DNA of 38,461 bases from Chiloscyllium plagiosum (lineage: Eukaryota). Positions 23,925 to 35,684 of the stretch are shown here, piece by piece; within the stretch, counting starts at the first letter, position 1; every line of letters begins with the position of its first letter. The notes beneath the pieces were generated by a model. That model searched no databases and was not told the DNA's origin. It was given only the letters and a program-made list of their open reading frames with translations. Position numbers and translations under genes: made by a program. The stretch spans positions 1,635,704-1,674,164 of the forward strand of contig NC_057720.1 of assembly GCF_004010195.1 (NCBI RefSeq), read 5' to 3'.

Positions 23925-26295
23925 AAAGATGGTCTACAAAAAAGTGTTTTGGATTGGGGTAAGGCAGATTTCATTAAAATAAGGGAGAACCTGATCAAAG
24001 TATATTTGGAACAGCTACCTGAGGGTAAATCTACAGCAGAACAATAGGAAGTGTTCAAAGAGTTACTGGAGAGAGTATAGGCCCAGTATGTTCCCCTTAG
24101 GGTGAAATGTAGAACCAGGAAGGCCAGAGAATCCCAGATACTGAGGAATATTCAGGATTGGTTAAAAAAAGAAGACAGAAACCTGTATAACAGGTTCACA
24201 GGGAGAATAATAACAGAAGCCCCAGAGCAGTATAGGAAGTGCAGGGGCGATTCAAGAAAGCAATTAGGAGAGCAAAGATAGGGCATGAGAAAATGTTAGT
24301 GGGCAAGATTAGGGAGAACCACAAGATACTATGAAATATATTAAGGAAAAGAGTAGGGCCAACTAAAGTCCAAGTGGGCAATCTATGCATAAAGCTAGGG
24401 GCGGCATGGTGGCACAGTGGTTAGCACTGCCAGAGACCCGGGTTCAATTCCCGCCTCATTCTCCCTGTGTCTGCGTGGGTTTTTCCAGGTGCTCCGGTTT
24501 CCTCCCACAGTCCAAAGATGTGCAGGTTAGGTGAATTGGCCATGCTAAATTGCCCATAGTGTTAGGTGAGGGGTAAATGTAGAGGAATGGGTCTGGATGG
24601 GTTGCTCTTCGGAGGGTTGGTGTGGACTTGTTGGGCCAAAGGGCCTGTTTCCACACTGTAAGTAATCTAATCTAGAGGACCTTGGTAGAATATTAAATGA
24701 GTATTTCACATCTGTCTTTACACGGAAGGAGGAAGATGCAAGAGATGATGGACTGTGAAGTTCTTGAGCAGATTGATATAAGAAGCAAAGACATTTTGGA
24801 GGTTTTACTGGATTTAAAAGTGGATAAATCTCAGGTCTGGATAAGTTGCATCCCAGGCTGCTGTGGGAGATGAGGAAGGAAATTACAGGGGCCCTGACCC
24901 CAAATTTTTAAATCACTTCTGGCCACAGGGGAGGTACCACAGGACTGGAAGCCAGCTAATGTGGCTCCACGTTACAAGAAGGCTGGTAAAGATAAACCAG
25001 GGAACCATAGACTGGCAAGTCTAATATCGTGGTGGGAAACTATTGCAGAGTTTAGTGAAAGAAAAAATTAATCTCCATTTAAAGAGGCAAGGTTTGATGG
25101 GGGATAGACAGTATGGCTTTGTCACAGGGAGGTTATACCTCACAAATGTAATGGAATTTTTCAAGGAGGTGACCAAGTGTTTGGATGAGGGTAGGGCAGT
25201 TGAGATTTTAGTTTATCTGGATTTCAGCAAGGCCTTTGACAAGGTCCCACTTGAGAAACTGATAAAAAAAGGTAAAAGCTCATGGGATCCAGAGTAACTT
25301 GGCAGGATGCATCCAAAGCTGGCTTAGTGAGAGAAGACACAGGGTGGAGGTAGGAAGGTGTTTGTGTGACTGGAGCCTGGAGTACAGTGGTGTCCCACAG
25401 GTATCAGTGCTGGGACCCTTATTGTTTGTGAACAATGGAGATGAGAATATGAAGGGGGAATGATAACTAAGTTTTCAGATGATACAGCATTTGGCCAAGT
25501 AGTTGAGTGAGGAGGGAGGTGTTAGGTTATAGAAAGTCATAGGTGGATTGATCAGAAGACAAATCAGTACCAGTGGAATTCAACCCTGCCACGTGTGAGG
25601 TGACGAATAAGACAAGGGAGTGCTCAATGAATGGCACAACACTAGGAAGCTCAGAGGAACAGACTGATCCTGAGGGTGGCAGGACAGGTTAATACGGGAA
25701 TTAAGGCATGCAGGATACTTGACTTAATCAGTCCTGGCATAGATTACAAGAGCAGGGAGATTATGTTGGAGCTCTGCATACTTTGGCCACGGCTGCAGTA
25801 CTTTGTGCAATTCTGATCTCCACATTAAAGGAAAGATGTGACTGCAGTTGAGGGGGTGCAGGGGAGATTCACCAGGATATGGCCTGAGGTGGAGCATTTC
25901 AGTGATGAAAAGAGGCTGGGTAAACTCGAGGTGTTTTCTTTGTGGGAGGGAGCTAATAAAAGTGTATAAGATTTTGAGGGGCATGGACAGTGTGAATAGA
26001 AAGCAGCTGTTCCCCTTGGTTGGAAGGTCAATAAAAAGGGGCATATTTTAAAGTGAAAGGCAGGGGATTTGAGGAGCAATTTATTTCATCCAGAAGGTGG
26101 TCAGTTCTGGAATGCATTGACTTGGGAAGGTAGTTCAGGGAGGAAACCACACAACCTTTAAAAAGCTGGATGAGTACTTGATATGTCATAACATTCAAGG
26201 CTAGGGGCCTAGTGCGGGGAAGTGGATCATAGTATATGTTTGGTGGTATAAACATAATGGGCCGATGAGCTTTTTCTGTGCTGCATGATTCTGTG
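23925..26295 (+). mobile_element. Old CR1 ORF2 remnant with 3' end, interrupted by SINE
   Basis: QYGFVTGRLYLTNVMEFFKEVT...YLDFSKAFDKVP; many frameshifts. Confidence 0.88.
24398..24674 (+). mobile_element. HE1-like V-SINE with internal deletions
   Basis: Head GGGCGGCATGGTGGCACAGTGG; tail TAATCTAATCTA. Confidence 0.9.
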
Positions 26296-27107
26296 ATTAG
26301 TGCAGTAAAAAACTGACGTTGTGCTTCAGCTGAAGAATCAAGACTTTTGCCTAAAACATTGAACCATCCAATGAATGGTTAAATTTGTCAGAATTAAACA
26401 ACTCCCAAATGTCCAGTATGACTTCAGCGAGCCATACAGAAATTCAGGCCTGAAAATTTCCTTCAGAAAAACATTACAACAAAACATTCCAACAAAAACT
26501 ACTCACCCAATAGGAATGAACATAATGACAAAAAAATTCTTGGAAAAATAAATAGAAATGATTTCACAAGATTATGTAGCTCTCATGACTCGGCTGTGTT
26601 ATAAATAATTGTATAACCGAAGAATTAAAAGAGAGATGGATAACTAAAGGTCTGATCTCAGTTCTCTACACCTGCCAGAAGGTATGGCCTTTAGATTGTT
26701 ATCTTTGTCCATATGCCTCACCTATCCTTAAACAGCTGCAATCAATAACTAGATCAGATACTAAACTCTTGCTCTGTATATCAGATGGAGGCAGATACAT
26801 GAACTGAATAGGATACTTTGCCAAGATATGTTTGCACCACCTGATATAATCTGGGGTTGTCTAGTTATTTGGAGTGGGGGTGTAATTCTTCCTGTTAGGT
26901 AACATTCAGTGGAAAACTTTTAAAAATATAATTTTGTATAGTTATCAACATGGTTTTAATCCTTTAGGTTTTTCTAATGGGGATTAGGACCTAGAAAAGG
27001 AGCGTGTATACCACCACATAGACATCACTACTCTTGGACAAAGGAGAGGATATTGTCTGCTGATTGTTATCCACTAGTTCCTGTTCAAAAGTATCAACAT
27101 GTGAAAG

Positions 27108-27282
27108 GAAGTACTGCATTTCAACAGAGCCTTCCACAACCTCAGGATTTACCAAGATGTCTTCAGAAGTAGTCACTGTTATAATATGGGACGCATAGCA
27201 ACCAATTTGCACACAGTAAGATCCCATAACCAACAATGGTATAATAATCTGATAATCTATTTCAGTGACCATGGTCGAGGGA
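27108..27282 (-). mobile_element. Deu-domain (SacSINE1-like) SINE 3' remnant
   Basis: GTAGTCACTGTT...AGCAACCAATTTGCACACAGTAAGATCCCA; similar relics near 12430-12855 and 21520-21610. Confidence 0.55.
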
Positions 27283-27334
27283 TGTCTATGTGTTTGTGTG
27301 GGCCTACGTGTAGTCGTGTGTGTGTGAGCATGTT

Positions 27335-28020
27335 TTTTCTTTATTCACTCGTGGAACCTGGGCATCGCTGGCTGAGCCAGCATTTCCTGCCTGTCCCCTA
27401 GTTGCCCTTGAGAAGGTGATGATGACCTGCTTTATAGAATTATAAAACCCTTACAGTGTGGAAGCAGGCCATTCAGCCCATCGAGTCTACACTGCCCCTC
27501 CGAAGAACATCCCACCCAGACCCACTCCCCTATCCTATCCCTGTAACCCTGCATTTTCCATGGCCAATCCACCTAGCCTGCATATTCCTAGACACTACAG
27601 GCAATTCAGCATGGCCAATGCATTTAACCTGCAAATCTATAGACTGTGGAGGGAAACCGGAGTACCTGGAAGAAACTCATACAGACATGGGGAGGATGTG
27701 CAAACTCCATGCAGACAGTCACCTGAGGGTGGAATGAAACCTGGTTCTCTGACGCTGTGAAAGCGAGAACTTCACCTGAAAAAGGAGCAGCGCTCTGAAA
27801 GGTTGTGATTTTAAATAAACCTGTTAGGACTATAAACTGGTGTCACATGATTTCTGACTTTGTCCACCCCAGTCCAATACCGGCATCTCCACATCCTGGC
27901 TTTGAGTCAGTAGGGCTAACCACTGTGCCTTCTTGAACCGCTGCAGCCCATATGCTCTAGATAGACCCACATTTGGGAAGAAATTTCAGGATTTTGACCC
28001 AGTGACACCGAAGAAATGTC
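27335..28020 (-). mobile_element. LINE 3' end (second family) containing an HE1 SINE (~27434-27928) that contains a PLE terminus
   Basis: LINE breaks at ...GACCTGC and resumes GCCTTCTTGAACCGCTGCAG; SINE head resumes at ~27896. Confidence 0.8.
27770..27895 (+). mobile_element. Second PLE-type terminal family with decayed hammerhead
   Basis: CTGAAAAAGGAGCAGCGCTCTGAAAG...AAATAAACCTGTT; reverse-homologous to 32183-32300. Confidence 0.7.
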
Positions 28021-28151
28021 CTGCTGTTTGTGTACAGGACATACCTGAGAATATTGTTTTGTTTGCCTTCTATAATACATATTGCCTTCTATAGCTCAAG
28101 TTCGTTAGATGGGTCAGTGTTTGTTCAATGTGTGCAGGAGAGTTTCCTGAC

Positions 28152-28660
28152 ACAATCATCACCTTTCTCCAGATTAAACTTCATTTGCTACTTTTTCACC
28201 CACACAACCCAACCATTGACATTGGTATTCCGTCAACATTCTTTTTGCTATCAACTAACCTACAAATCTTTGAGTCATCTGAAAATTTCTCAATCATGCC
28301 TCCCCCATTTAAGTCAAAATCATCAATACATATAACAAATAGCAAGAGATCCAACACTAAGCCCTCAGGAATATCACTGGAAACATCTTTCCATTCACTA
28401 AAACATCCATTGGCCATAACTCTTTGTTTGCTGTGACTGAGTCAATTTTGGTTTCAGCTTGGCACATTCCCTTGTACTGCATGGGTGTTAATGTCTCTGC
28501 TCAGACTGTGATAGGGACCTTGTCAAATGCCTTATAAAAATCCATATAGACATCTACTGCACTAACCTCATTAATCCTTGTTACTTTCTCAAAAAAATTT
28601 AATTAAGTTAGTATGACATGACTTTCCATTAACAACACCATGCTGATTATCCCTGACTAT
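28152..28660 (-). mobile_element. Old CR1 RT fragment
   Basis: NGCFSEWKDVSSDIPEGLVL..LLFVICIDD...KFSDDSKI. Confidence 0.85.
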
Positions 28661-28675
28661 TCAGTTCTAAAGAAG

Positions 28676-29030
28676 AACATAGAACATAGAATTGTACAAC
28701 ACAGTACAGGCCCTTCAGCCCTCAATGTTGTGCCAGCCTTTTAACCTACTCTAAGATCAGACTAACCTACATGCTCTTCATTTTACTATCATCCATGTGT
28801 CTATTCAAGAGTCGCTTAAATGTCCCTAATGTATCCGACTCTACTACCTCTGCTGGCAGTGCATTCCACACACCCACCACTCTCTGTGTAAAGGACCTAC
28901 CTCTGACATCTTCTCTAAACGTTCCTCCAATCACCTTCAATTTATGCCCCCTGGTAATAGCAATTTATGCCTTGGGAAAAATTCTCTGGTTATCCTCTCT
29001 ACCTATACATCTCATCAACTTGTACACATC
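28676..29030 (-). mobile_element. CR1 3' end
   Basis: AACATAGAACATAGAA tail and 3' UTR. Confidence 0.8.
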
Positions 29031-29090
29031 TTTCCAGTCATTCTGGACTGGAAATGTTGACCCTGCCTCTCTCTCCACAGATGTTGCCAG

Positions 29091-30273
29091 ATCTATATGG
29101 ACTTCAGTAAGGCGTTCAACAAGGTTTTCCCCATTAGAGAATATTGAAGTTATATTTTTTTAAAAATTAGAACTGTAGTGTTAGCAAGGTTAGATTTCAT
29201 GGAATACAGGGAGAACTAGCCACTTGGATACAGAGAACTGGCTCAAAGGTAGAAGACAGAGAGTGGTGGTGGAGAGTTCTTTTCCAGACTGGAGGCCTGT
29301 GACAAGTGGAGTGCCACAAGGATTGGTGATGGGTCCACGGCTTTTCAACATTTATACAAATGATTTGGATAAGAACAAAGGAGGTATGGTTAGTAAGTTT
29401 GCACATAACACCAAAATTGGAGGTGTAGTGGACAGCAAAGAAGGTTACCTCAGATTACAACGATCTTCTTCAGATGGGCCAATGGGTCGAGGAGTGGCAG
29501 ATGGAGTTTAATTCAGATAAATGCAAGGTACTGAATTTTGGGAAAGCAAATCTTAGCAGGACTTATACACTTAATGGTAATGTCCTGGGGAGCATTGCTG
29601 AACAAAGAGACCTTGGAGTTGCTGAAATGAAGAAGGCATTTGATATGCTTTCCTTTATTGGTCAGAGTATTGAGTACAGGAGTTGGGAGGTCATGTTACG
29701 GCTGTGCAGGACCTTGGTTAGGCCACTGTTGGAATATTGCATGCAATTCTGGTCTTCCTCCTACTGGAAGGATGTTGTGAAACTTGAAAGGGTTTAGAAA
29801 AAATTTACAAGGATGTTGCCAAAGCTGGAGGGTTTGAGCTACTGGGAGAGGATGAATAGGCTGGGGCTGTTTTCCCTGGAGCGTCAGAGGCTGAGGGTGA
29901 CCTTATAGAGGTTTATAAATTTATGATGGGCCTGGAAAGAGTAAATAAACAAGGTATTTTCCCTGGGGTGGGGGAGTCCAGAACTAGAGGGCATAGGTTT
30001 AGGATGACAGGGGAAAAATTTCAAAAGGACTAAAAGGGCAACTTTTTCACTCAGAGGGTGGTAGTGTATGGAATGAGCTGCCAGAGGAAGTGGTGGAGAC
30101 TGGTACAATTACAACATTTAAAAGGCATCTGGGTTGGTATAAGAATAGGAAGGGTTTAGAGGGATATGGGCCAAGTACTGGCAAATGGGACTAGATTAGG
30201 TTAGGATTCTGGTTGGCATGGACAAGTTAGACCAAAGGGTCTGTTTCCATGCTGTACATCTCTATGACTCTGT
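29091..30273 (+). mobile_element. CR1 5'-truncated copy (RT to 3' end)
   Basis: MDFSKAFNKV; WLKGRRQRVVV...SGVPQG; WQMEFNSDKC; CTATGACT tail. Confidence 0.92.
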
Positions 30274-30623
30274 GACCTGCTGAGTTTCTTCAAAGTTTTC
30301 TGTTTTTTTCTGATTAATTCACACTTCTCCAAGTAACAGTCAATTCTATTTCCCAATGTCTTTCTGTAATGTGTTTTGTGGTAGGAAATTTGTTATCATT
30401 ACATGACCAGCCTTAAATTTCACTCTAGGCCCAGAGCAATATAGTTGATTGTTAATGCCTTCTAGACAATTACATTTGGGTACAGGCAGTGATATTCACT
30501 TTCCAAGAATGAAATTAAAAAAACATTTAGGTAAAAACAATGACTGCAGATGCTGGAAGCCAGATTCTGGATTAGTGGTGCTGGAGGAGCACAGCAATTC
30601 AGGCAGCATCCGAGGACAGGCAA

Positions 30624-30659
30624 AATCGACGTTTCGGGCAAAAGCCCTTCATCAGGAAT
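30624..30659 (-). ncRNA. Minimal type I hammerhead ribozyme motif (PLE-associated), intact core
   Basis: Minus strand ATTC-CTGATGA-A-GGGC TTTT GCCC-GAAACGTC-GATT; palindromic ACGT stem III implies a dimeric fold. Confidence 0.75.
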
Positions 30660-30737
30660 AAAGGCAGAGAGCCTGAAGCATGGAGAGATAAGCTAGAGGA
30701 GGGTGGGGGTGGGGAGAAAGTAGCATAGAGTACAATT

Positions 30738-31290
30738 GTACTGAGCTGTTTAAAAACATTTTCTGGTATTTTATGTTCACAGGTCAGTATCGACTGGGGA
30801 TCTTCCCCTGGTTTTGTGATGTAATGGACGATCCTCGATAAAATCCTGCCTGGGGCGGATTGAGTTCCGCGGCTCTCCCATTTTTCCTGATTTTGCTGCT
30901 TAATGATTTTACCGTCCTACACAGGTTATTGACCTGCAGAGCCCGAAGGAGACTATGGGTTCACACCAGTGTTGACGGTCAATGTGACACAGAAATGAAA
31001 TATCGAAAAATATCCATCATTTTACTGTTTGTGATCTCGACCAATTTCATCCTATTGTGGTCAAAGTTAAGTTTTTTTTTTCTGTATGGAACTGGAGGTG
31101 TTTTTTGCGGTTTCATTCTATGACTCTGGATTGGATTATGCAGGAATTGGATTTCATACTGCAGCTCCTCAGTTGCTGCTCAAACACTGCGATTTATGCT
31201 GTGACACAGACTAAGTTCAGACAGCAGCTGAAAAATGTGCTGACATGACCCTTCAACCAATTTAATCAATTAATCAATTTCACTGATTAA
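30738..31290 (+). pseudogene. GPR139-like class A GPCR fragment (TM4 to C-terminus), copy 1
   Basis: VLSCLK/IFWYF..PWFC; PFFLILLLN..RARRRL; RKISIILLFVISTNFILLWS; LQLLSCCSNTAIYAVTQTKFRQQLKNVL; stops at 30839 and 31246, frameshifts near 30755 and 31075. Confidence 0.8.
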
Positions 31291-31704
31291 ACAATCCATC
31301 ATATTTGTTTTCATTTCCGTTTGAAGTTTCTGCAACGAAGCAGCCTGCTTCATTGTAAATTTTGTTTTCTTTTGTTCGTGTTTCGTCGGTAGTGGTGAAA
31401 TAAATTTTGTTTTTGAAAGTCAAGTGATTTGACCAGCTACATCGCTCCTGAAAAGGCAATTCATATCTGCCCTTAAAATAAATAAGAGAACGGTTCTTCT
31501 GGGTTAAAATCTTAAATTGTTTTGAGATTATCTGTTTCTGTACATAACAGAGGGTGTTTGCAAAATCACAGGCGATAATAAAACCAGGACTTCGACTGAA
31601 TATTCATGCATTTGAGGAAGTTTATATGAGCGTCTTAATTATTGAGTTGGACCACTTCCAAAAGCAAAACGTAGGACCAGCATTTGTTAACAATAATGGA
31701 TAAT

Positions 31705-31817
31705 TCCATCATGGGCACCAATGGTAAAGGTTAAATAACGGGATGAGTTCCTAAAGCAACATTTAGGGTATTAGAAGCCAAGCTTAAAAAGTAGACCCTC
31801 GGAGGTACTCATCTCAG
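31705..31817 (+). mobile_element. CR1 ORF1 esterase scrap inside the composite insertion
   Basis: Frameshifted GTN...FRVLEAKLK/SRPSEVLIS, homologous to GTNDIG...NLKSRSLRVVISG at ~15770-15870. Confidence 0.6.
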
Positions 31818-32051
31818 TGATGAAGGTCAATGTGACAGAGAACTGAGACATCGAAAAAATCCATCATTTTACTCTTTGTGATTCATGCCAATTTCATCCT
31901 GTTGTGGTCAATGTTAACAGCGTTTTCTGTATGGAACCGGTATTTGGGGTTTAATTCTATGAATCTGGATTTATTTCTGCAGGAATTGGGGTTCATGTGG
32001 CAGCTCCACAGTTGCTGCACGAACACTGCGATTTATGCTGTGACACAGACT
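31815..32051 (+). pseudogene. GPR139-like GPCR fragment (ICL3-TM6-TM7), copy 2
   Basis: SIILLFVIHANFILLWSMLTAFSVW...QELGFMWQLHSCCTNTAIYAVTQT; colinear with 30967-31212. Confidence 0.8.
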
Positions 32052-32182
32052 GATTTCAGGATTTTGCCAGTCCTCGGATGCTGCCTGAATTGCTGTGCTC
32101 TTCCAGCACCACTAATCCAGAATTAAAAAAACATTTGAAAGGCGTTCATTTTGAGATATTGTCTAATCAACCTGATTCAGGT

Positions 32183-32300
32183 ATGATTTGGAGATGCCGG
32201 TGTTGCACTGGGGTGGACAAAGTTAAAAATCACACAGCACCAGGTTATAGTCCAACAAGTTTATTTGGAAGCACTGGCTTTCAGAGCACCGCTCCTTCAT
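32183..32300 (-). mobile_element. Second PLE-type terminal family, truncated hammerhead
   Basis: Minus strand ATGAAGGAGCGGTGCTCTGAAAGCCA...; flanking repeat CCTGATTCAG at 32171-32180 and 32328-32337. Confidence 0.7.
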
Positions 32301-32539
32301 GGACAACAACGCCAAAAGACAAATAAGCCTGATTCAGATATGTTACTGCACACCTCTGGAACAGGTGGAACATGAAGCCAGACTTCCTAGTTCAGAGGTA
32401 GGGGCACTACCCATGCATCATAGGCATTCCAAAGGGCATGTGATTGGCCAATATTTAAGCACACAGTGTTACTTTTGTATTTCTTCACAATTTTTCTACA
32501 AAACACTAAATGTTAGCCTGAGAAGGTACATGATGACTT

Positions 32540-32686
32540 GTACTCATCTGAAAGAAGGCGCTTTCAATAGTTCAATACTCTCTCAATATGCAACTGGGGT
32601 ATTCGTCTTGATTTTGTGCTCCAGTCCAGGAATGGGACCTGAATGCAAAACTTTTTGAGTCAAAAGTGAGATTCTTACTAACTGAA
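32540..32686 (-). mobile_element. Deu-domain SINE (SacSINE1-like) 5'/core remnant
   Basis: CTCATCTGAAAGAAGGCGCTTTCAATAG...CTCTCTCAATATGCA...GGGACCTGAA. Confidence 0.6.
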
Positions 32687-32929
32687 CTCTGTGAAATGTA
32701 TTATATAATTGCAGGTTTTTCTTTTTTAACCATCCATTTCACTGTCACTACCTTTGGCTCTTTGTCAATATTTGTCTTACCATGCTCCTGTGAAGAGTTT
32801 TTGAACTTTTTTTATTATTTTAAAGAATTCAAGATGATGAAAATTGTTGTTGATGGATACAGTAAGAATGCAGATAAGTGGCTCAATCCTAACTGGATGG
32901 TGAAATGACTTTTCCATTTATTTTGTTCA

Positions 32930-33360
32930 TCACATTTGCCAAAACAAATCATCTTTACCCAGCTCAAGGAATGCTCCCGAATAAGTGAAGGACCAAGGAA
33001 GGCCTTCAAAGACACCCTGAAGGCTTACCTCAAGAAATACAATTTAGACATCAACACCGAGGAGACCCTCAATCAGAATAAAACTAACTTCAAGGAACCT
33101 CCTGAACGAAGGCACAGAATTATTTGAGAATTATTTGACAAGAAGAAGTATGAAAAAGAAACCTGAGAAAGAAATGCCAGCAATCTTGAGGCCAAGGACC
33201 AATTCCATCTCCTGGAAATGCCAGCCAAGTGTGTGGTGGGAGATGGGGCTCTAGGATTGGGCTCATCAACCACATAATGACTCTGAGGACTCATGACCAG
33301 TGACAGAACCTCCTAAACAGACAATCCTATGCATTAGCGAGTGACTGCTAACAGCATCAC
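32930..33360 (+). mobile_element. RTE-clade LINE 3' remnant
   Basis: PKQIIFTQLKE.SR..GPRKAFKDTLKAYLKK..D fits the RTE ORF C-terminal pattern. Confidence 0.7.
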
Positions 33361-33649
33361 TTTCGGGGATTTGATTTCTTCTTTATTGACAATTTAGAGT
33401 AGAATTTAATATTTTGACATTAAATTTGTACTATTTAACTGCAATGGATATGACATGCTTCAATAACTCTATTAAATAGTGCTGACGAATTTTACATAAA
33501 AGCAAATTTATCCCCACCGCTATCTTAATTTCAGTGGTTTTTAATTTTGAAAATCCACAAAGACAAAACAATTTCATGGCAAACCATCATATATATATTA
33601 ACCATAGTGCTGACCTGGTCCATAGCTATCTGTCAAAGTAAGCTCATTG

Positions 33650-33805
33650 TTCACCTAATCATGCAGCCATAACTTTGTATTCCTTGCTCTTTTCAACCAC
33701 CCTATGATCTTTATGGCTTTGTATGTTATGATCTGCTGTACTGCATGCAAAATAAAATTTTCACTGTACTTAAGTACGTGACAACAATAAATCAAATCAA
33801 ATCAA
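33650..33805 (+). mobile_element. Non-LTR 3' tail (Rex1/Babar-like)
   Basis: TTTTCACTGTACTTAAGTACGTGACAACAATAAATCAAATCAAATCAA; related tail at ~35240-35295. Confidence 0.45.
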
Positions 33806-33849
33806 GTTTCTGTTCATATTGTGTGGGAAACATTCTGGGATTCGGTTTG

Positions 33850-34258
33850 AACATAGAACATAGAACATTACAGAGCAGTACAGGCCGTTCGGCCCTCAAT
33901 GTTGCGCCAACCTGTCATACCAATCTGAAGCCCATCTAACCTACACTATTCCATGTCTGTCCAATGACGACTTAAATGTACTTAAAGTTGGCGAATCTAC
34001 TACTGTTGCAGGCAAAGCATTCCATACCCTTACTACTCTCTGAGTAAAGAAACTACCTCTGACATCTGTCCTATATCTATCACCCCTCAATTTAAAGCTA
34101 TGCCCCTTCATGCTCGCCTTCACCATATTTGGAAAAAGGCTCTCCTATCCACCCTATCTAACCCTCTGATTATCTTATATATTTCTATTAAGTCACCTCT
34201 CAACCTTCTCTCTAACGAAAACAGCCTCAAGTCCCTCAGCCTTTCCTCATAAGACCTT
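33850..34258 (-). mobile_element. CR1 3' end
   Basis: ORF GHSFKLRGDRYRTDVRGSFFTQRVV; GAACATA tail repeats. Confidence 0.9.
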
Positions 34259-34920
34259 TGGTCGGGAAAGGTATATAATTATTGGGTAGAATTTTCCAGG
34301 TCTGGCCATCACTGAGAAAAAGTAGCTCGGGACCTCAATTCGACAGAAGCAAAAAACCAGTTTCCCAATGGTGGTTCTAAACTATTGAGTTCTCAGGTGT
34401 GTCAGGTCATTTTGATTCATTAGAATGTCATGAATACTCATTAACACACCAACTTATTGAAACTATGTTTGTTTGTGCAATCTTTTCATCACAAAACAGA
34501 AAATATGTTTGTTCACAAATCTGGAAAATATGAGGCATGTATCTGATGTGGTAGGCTTCTTCCTCCAAGCTCCAAGATGGCAGCAGCAAAGTAGGTAGCA
34601 TTCAGGCTCCTTAACCCGAGGCTCATTAATCCATCTGCTTTTTACTCCCCCTTTTCTTCCTGTCTTATTTTCATAAGATCTTAAAGTATTTTTTTCTGAG
34701 AAGACAACTTACCTTGGAGCAACTGAGAGCCAGAGCAAAGGAGGCTGGAAGCCTGGAGCAGAGGGGGAACAATTGTTGGACTGGGGTCTGGTATAGGCTG
34801 TCAGGCAGCTTGCAAAGCCAGTCAGACTGTATGTGGTAACCCCTGTGCTGAGCTACTGCAATGTAATATTTATCTGACTGTTATGTTTATCCTTTTAACT
34901 ATATATTATTTCCAACACCA

Positions 34921-35118
34921 GAGGACGTGGTGGAGGTTGGTACAATTGCAACATTTAAGAGGCATTTGGATGGGTATATGAATAGGAAGGGTTTGGAGGG
35001 ATATGGGCCAGGTGTTGGCAGGTGGGACTAGATTGGGTTGGGATATCTGGTCGGCATGGATGGGTTGGACCGAAGGGTCAGTTTCCATGATGTACATCTC
35101 TATGACTCTATGACTCTG
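34921..35118 (+). mobile_element. CR1 3' end
   Basis: Same 3' end as 15167-15590; CTATGACT repeats. Confidence 0.88.
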
Positions 35119-35684
35119 TAACATATACTATGAATCACTGTAACATAATGCAACTTTTTTCTTTCTGTTCCGCTTTATGTATGTAAGATTTATACCCAGG
35201 TACTTTGTATCTAAGATAGTGCAATGAGAGGCGACATTGTAAACTTTTAATTGTACTTCTATACTTGAGTACATGTGACAATAAAGAATATTCTAACTGA
35301 AAATCTACAAACCTCCTCAATTACTTGGCACCTTCATAACCAAACTGTTTCTTTGTTCAAATGCAGACAGTGTTGAGGGTGAAGCCGAGTGACATCAACC
35401 CTGTTCAGGGAAGGTAAGTGGGGCTCAACTGAAAAGAGGGGCTCAAATTGTACGGTTGCATATCTATTTCATCCAGGTCTTTGGTGAAAAGCTATCAGAT
35501 GTGAATGTTCTCCTAGTTCTGATGAAAGCCAGTAAACTGCTGAGTGGACAGATCCTTTTCTATTTTAACCCGGGTATATGTGGGACCCATCACCACTGTT
35601 ATGCCAGTTATTCTACTTTGGCACCTGCAACAAAGTGACAGACATTGATTGCAAATGAGATACCCAACCTTCTGTTTGACTTGT

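Larger units (their letters stand above)
30529..32120 (-). mobile_element. Composite PLE insertion with inverted terminal arms carrying GPCR cargo
   Basis: Perfect direct repeat AATTAAAAAAACATTT at 30513-30528 and 32121-32136; inverted arms 30565-30627 and 32060-32122 (63 bp, 2 mismatches); left PLE segment 30529-~30736. Confidence 0.85.

Noticed and set aside
30860..31248. Functional GPCR gene
   Set aside because: Lacks TM1-TM3; contains stops, frameshifts and an apparent deletion before TM5
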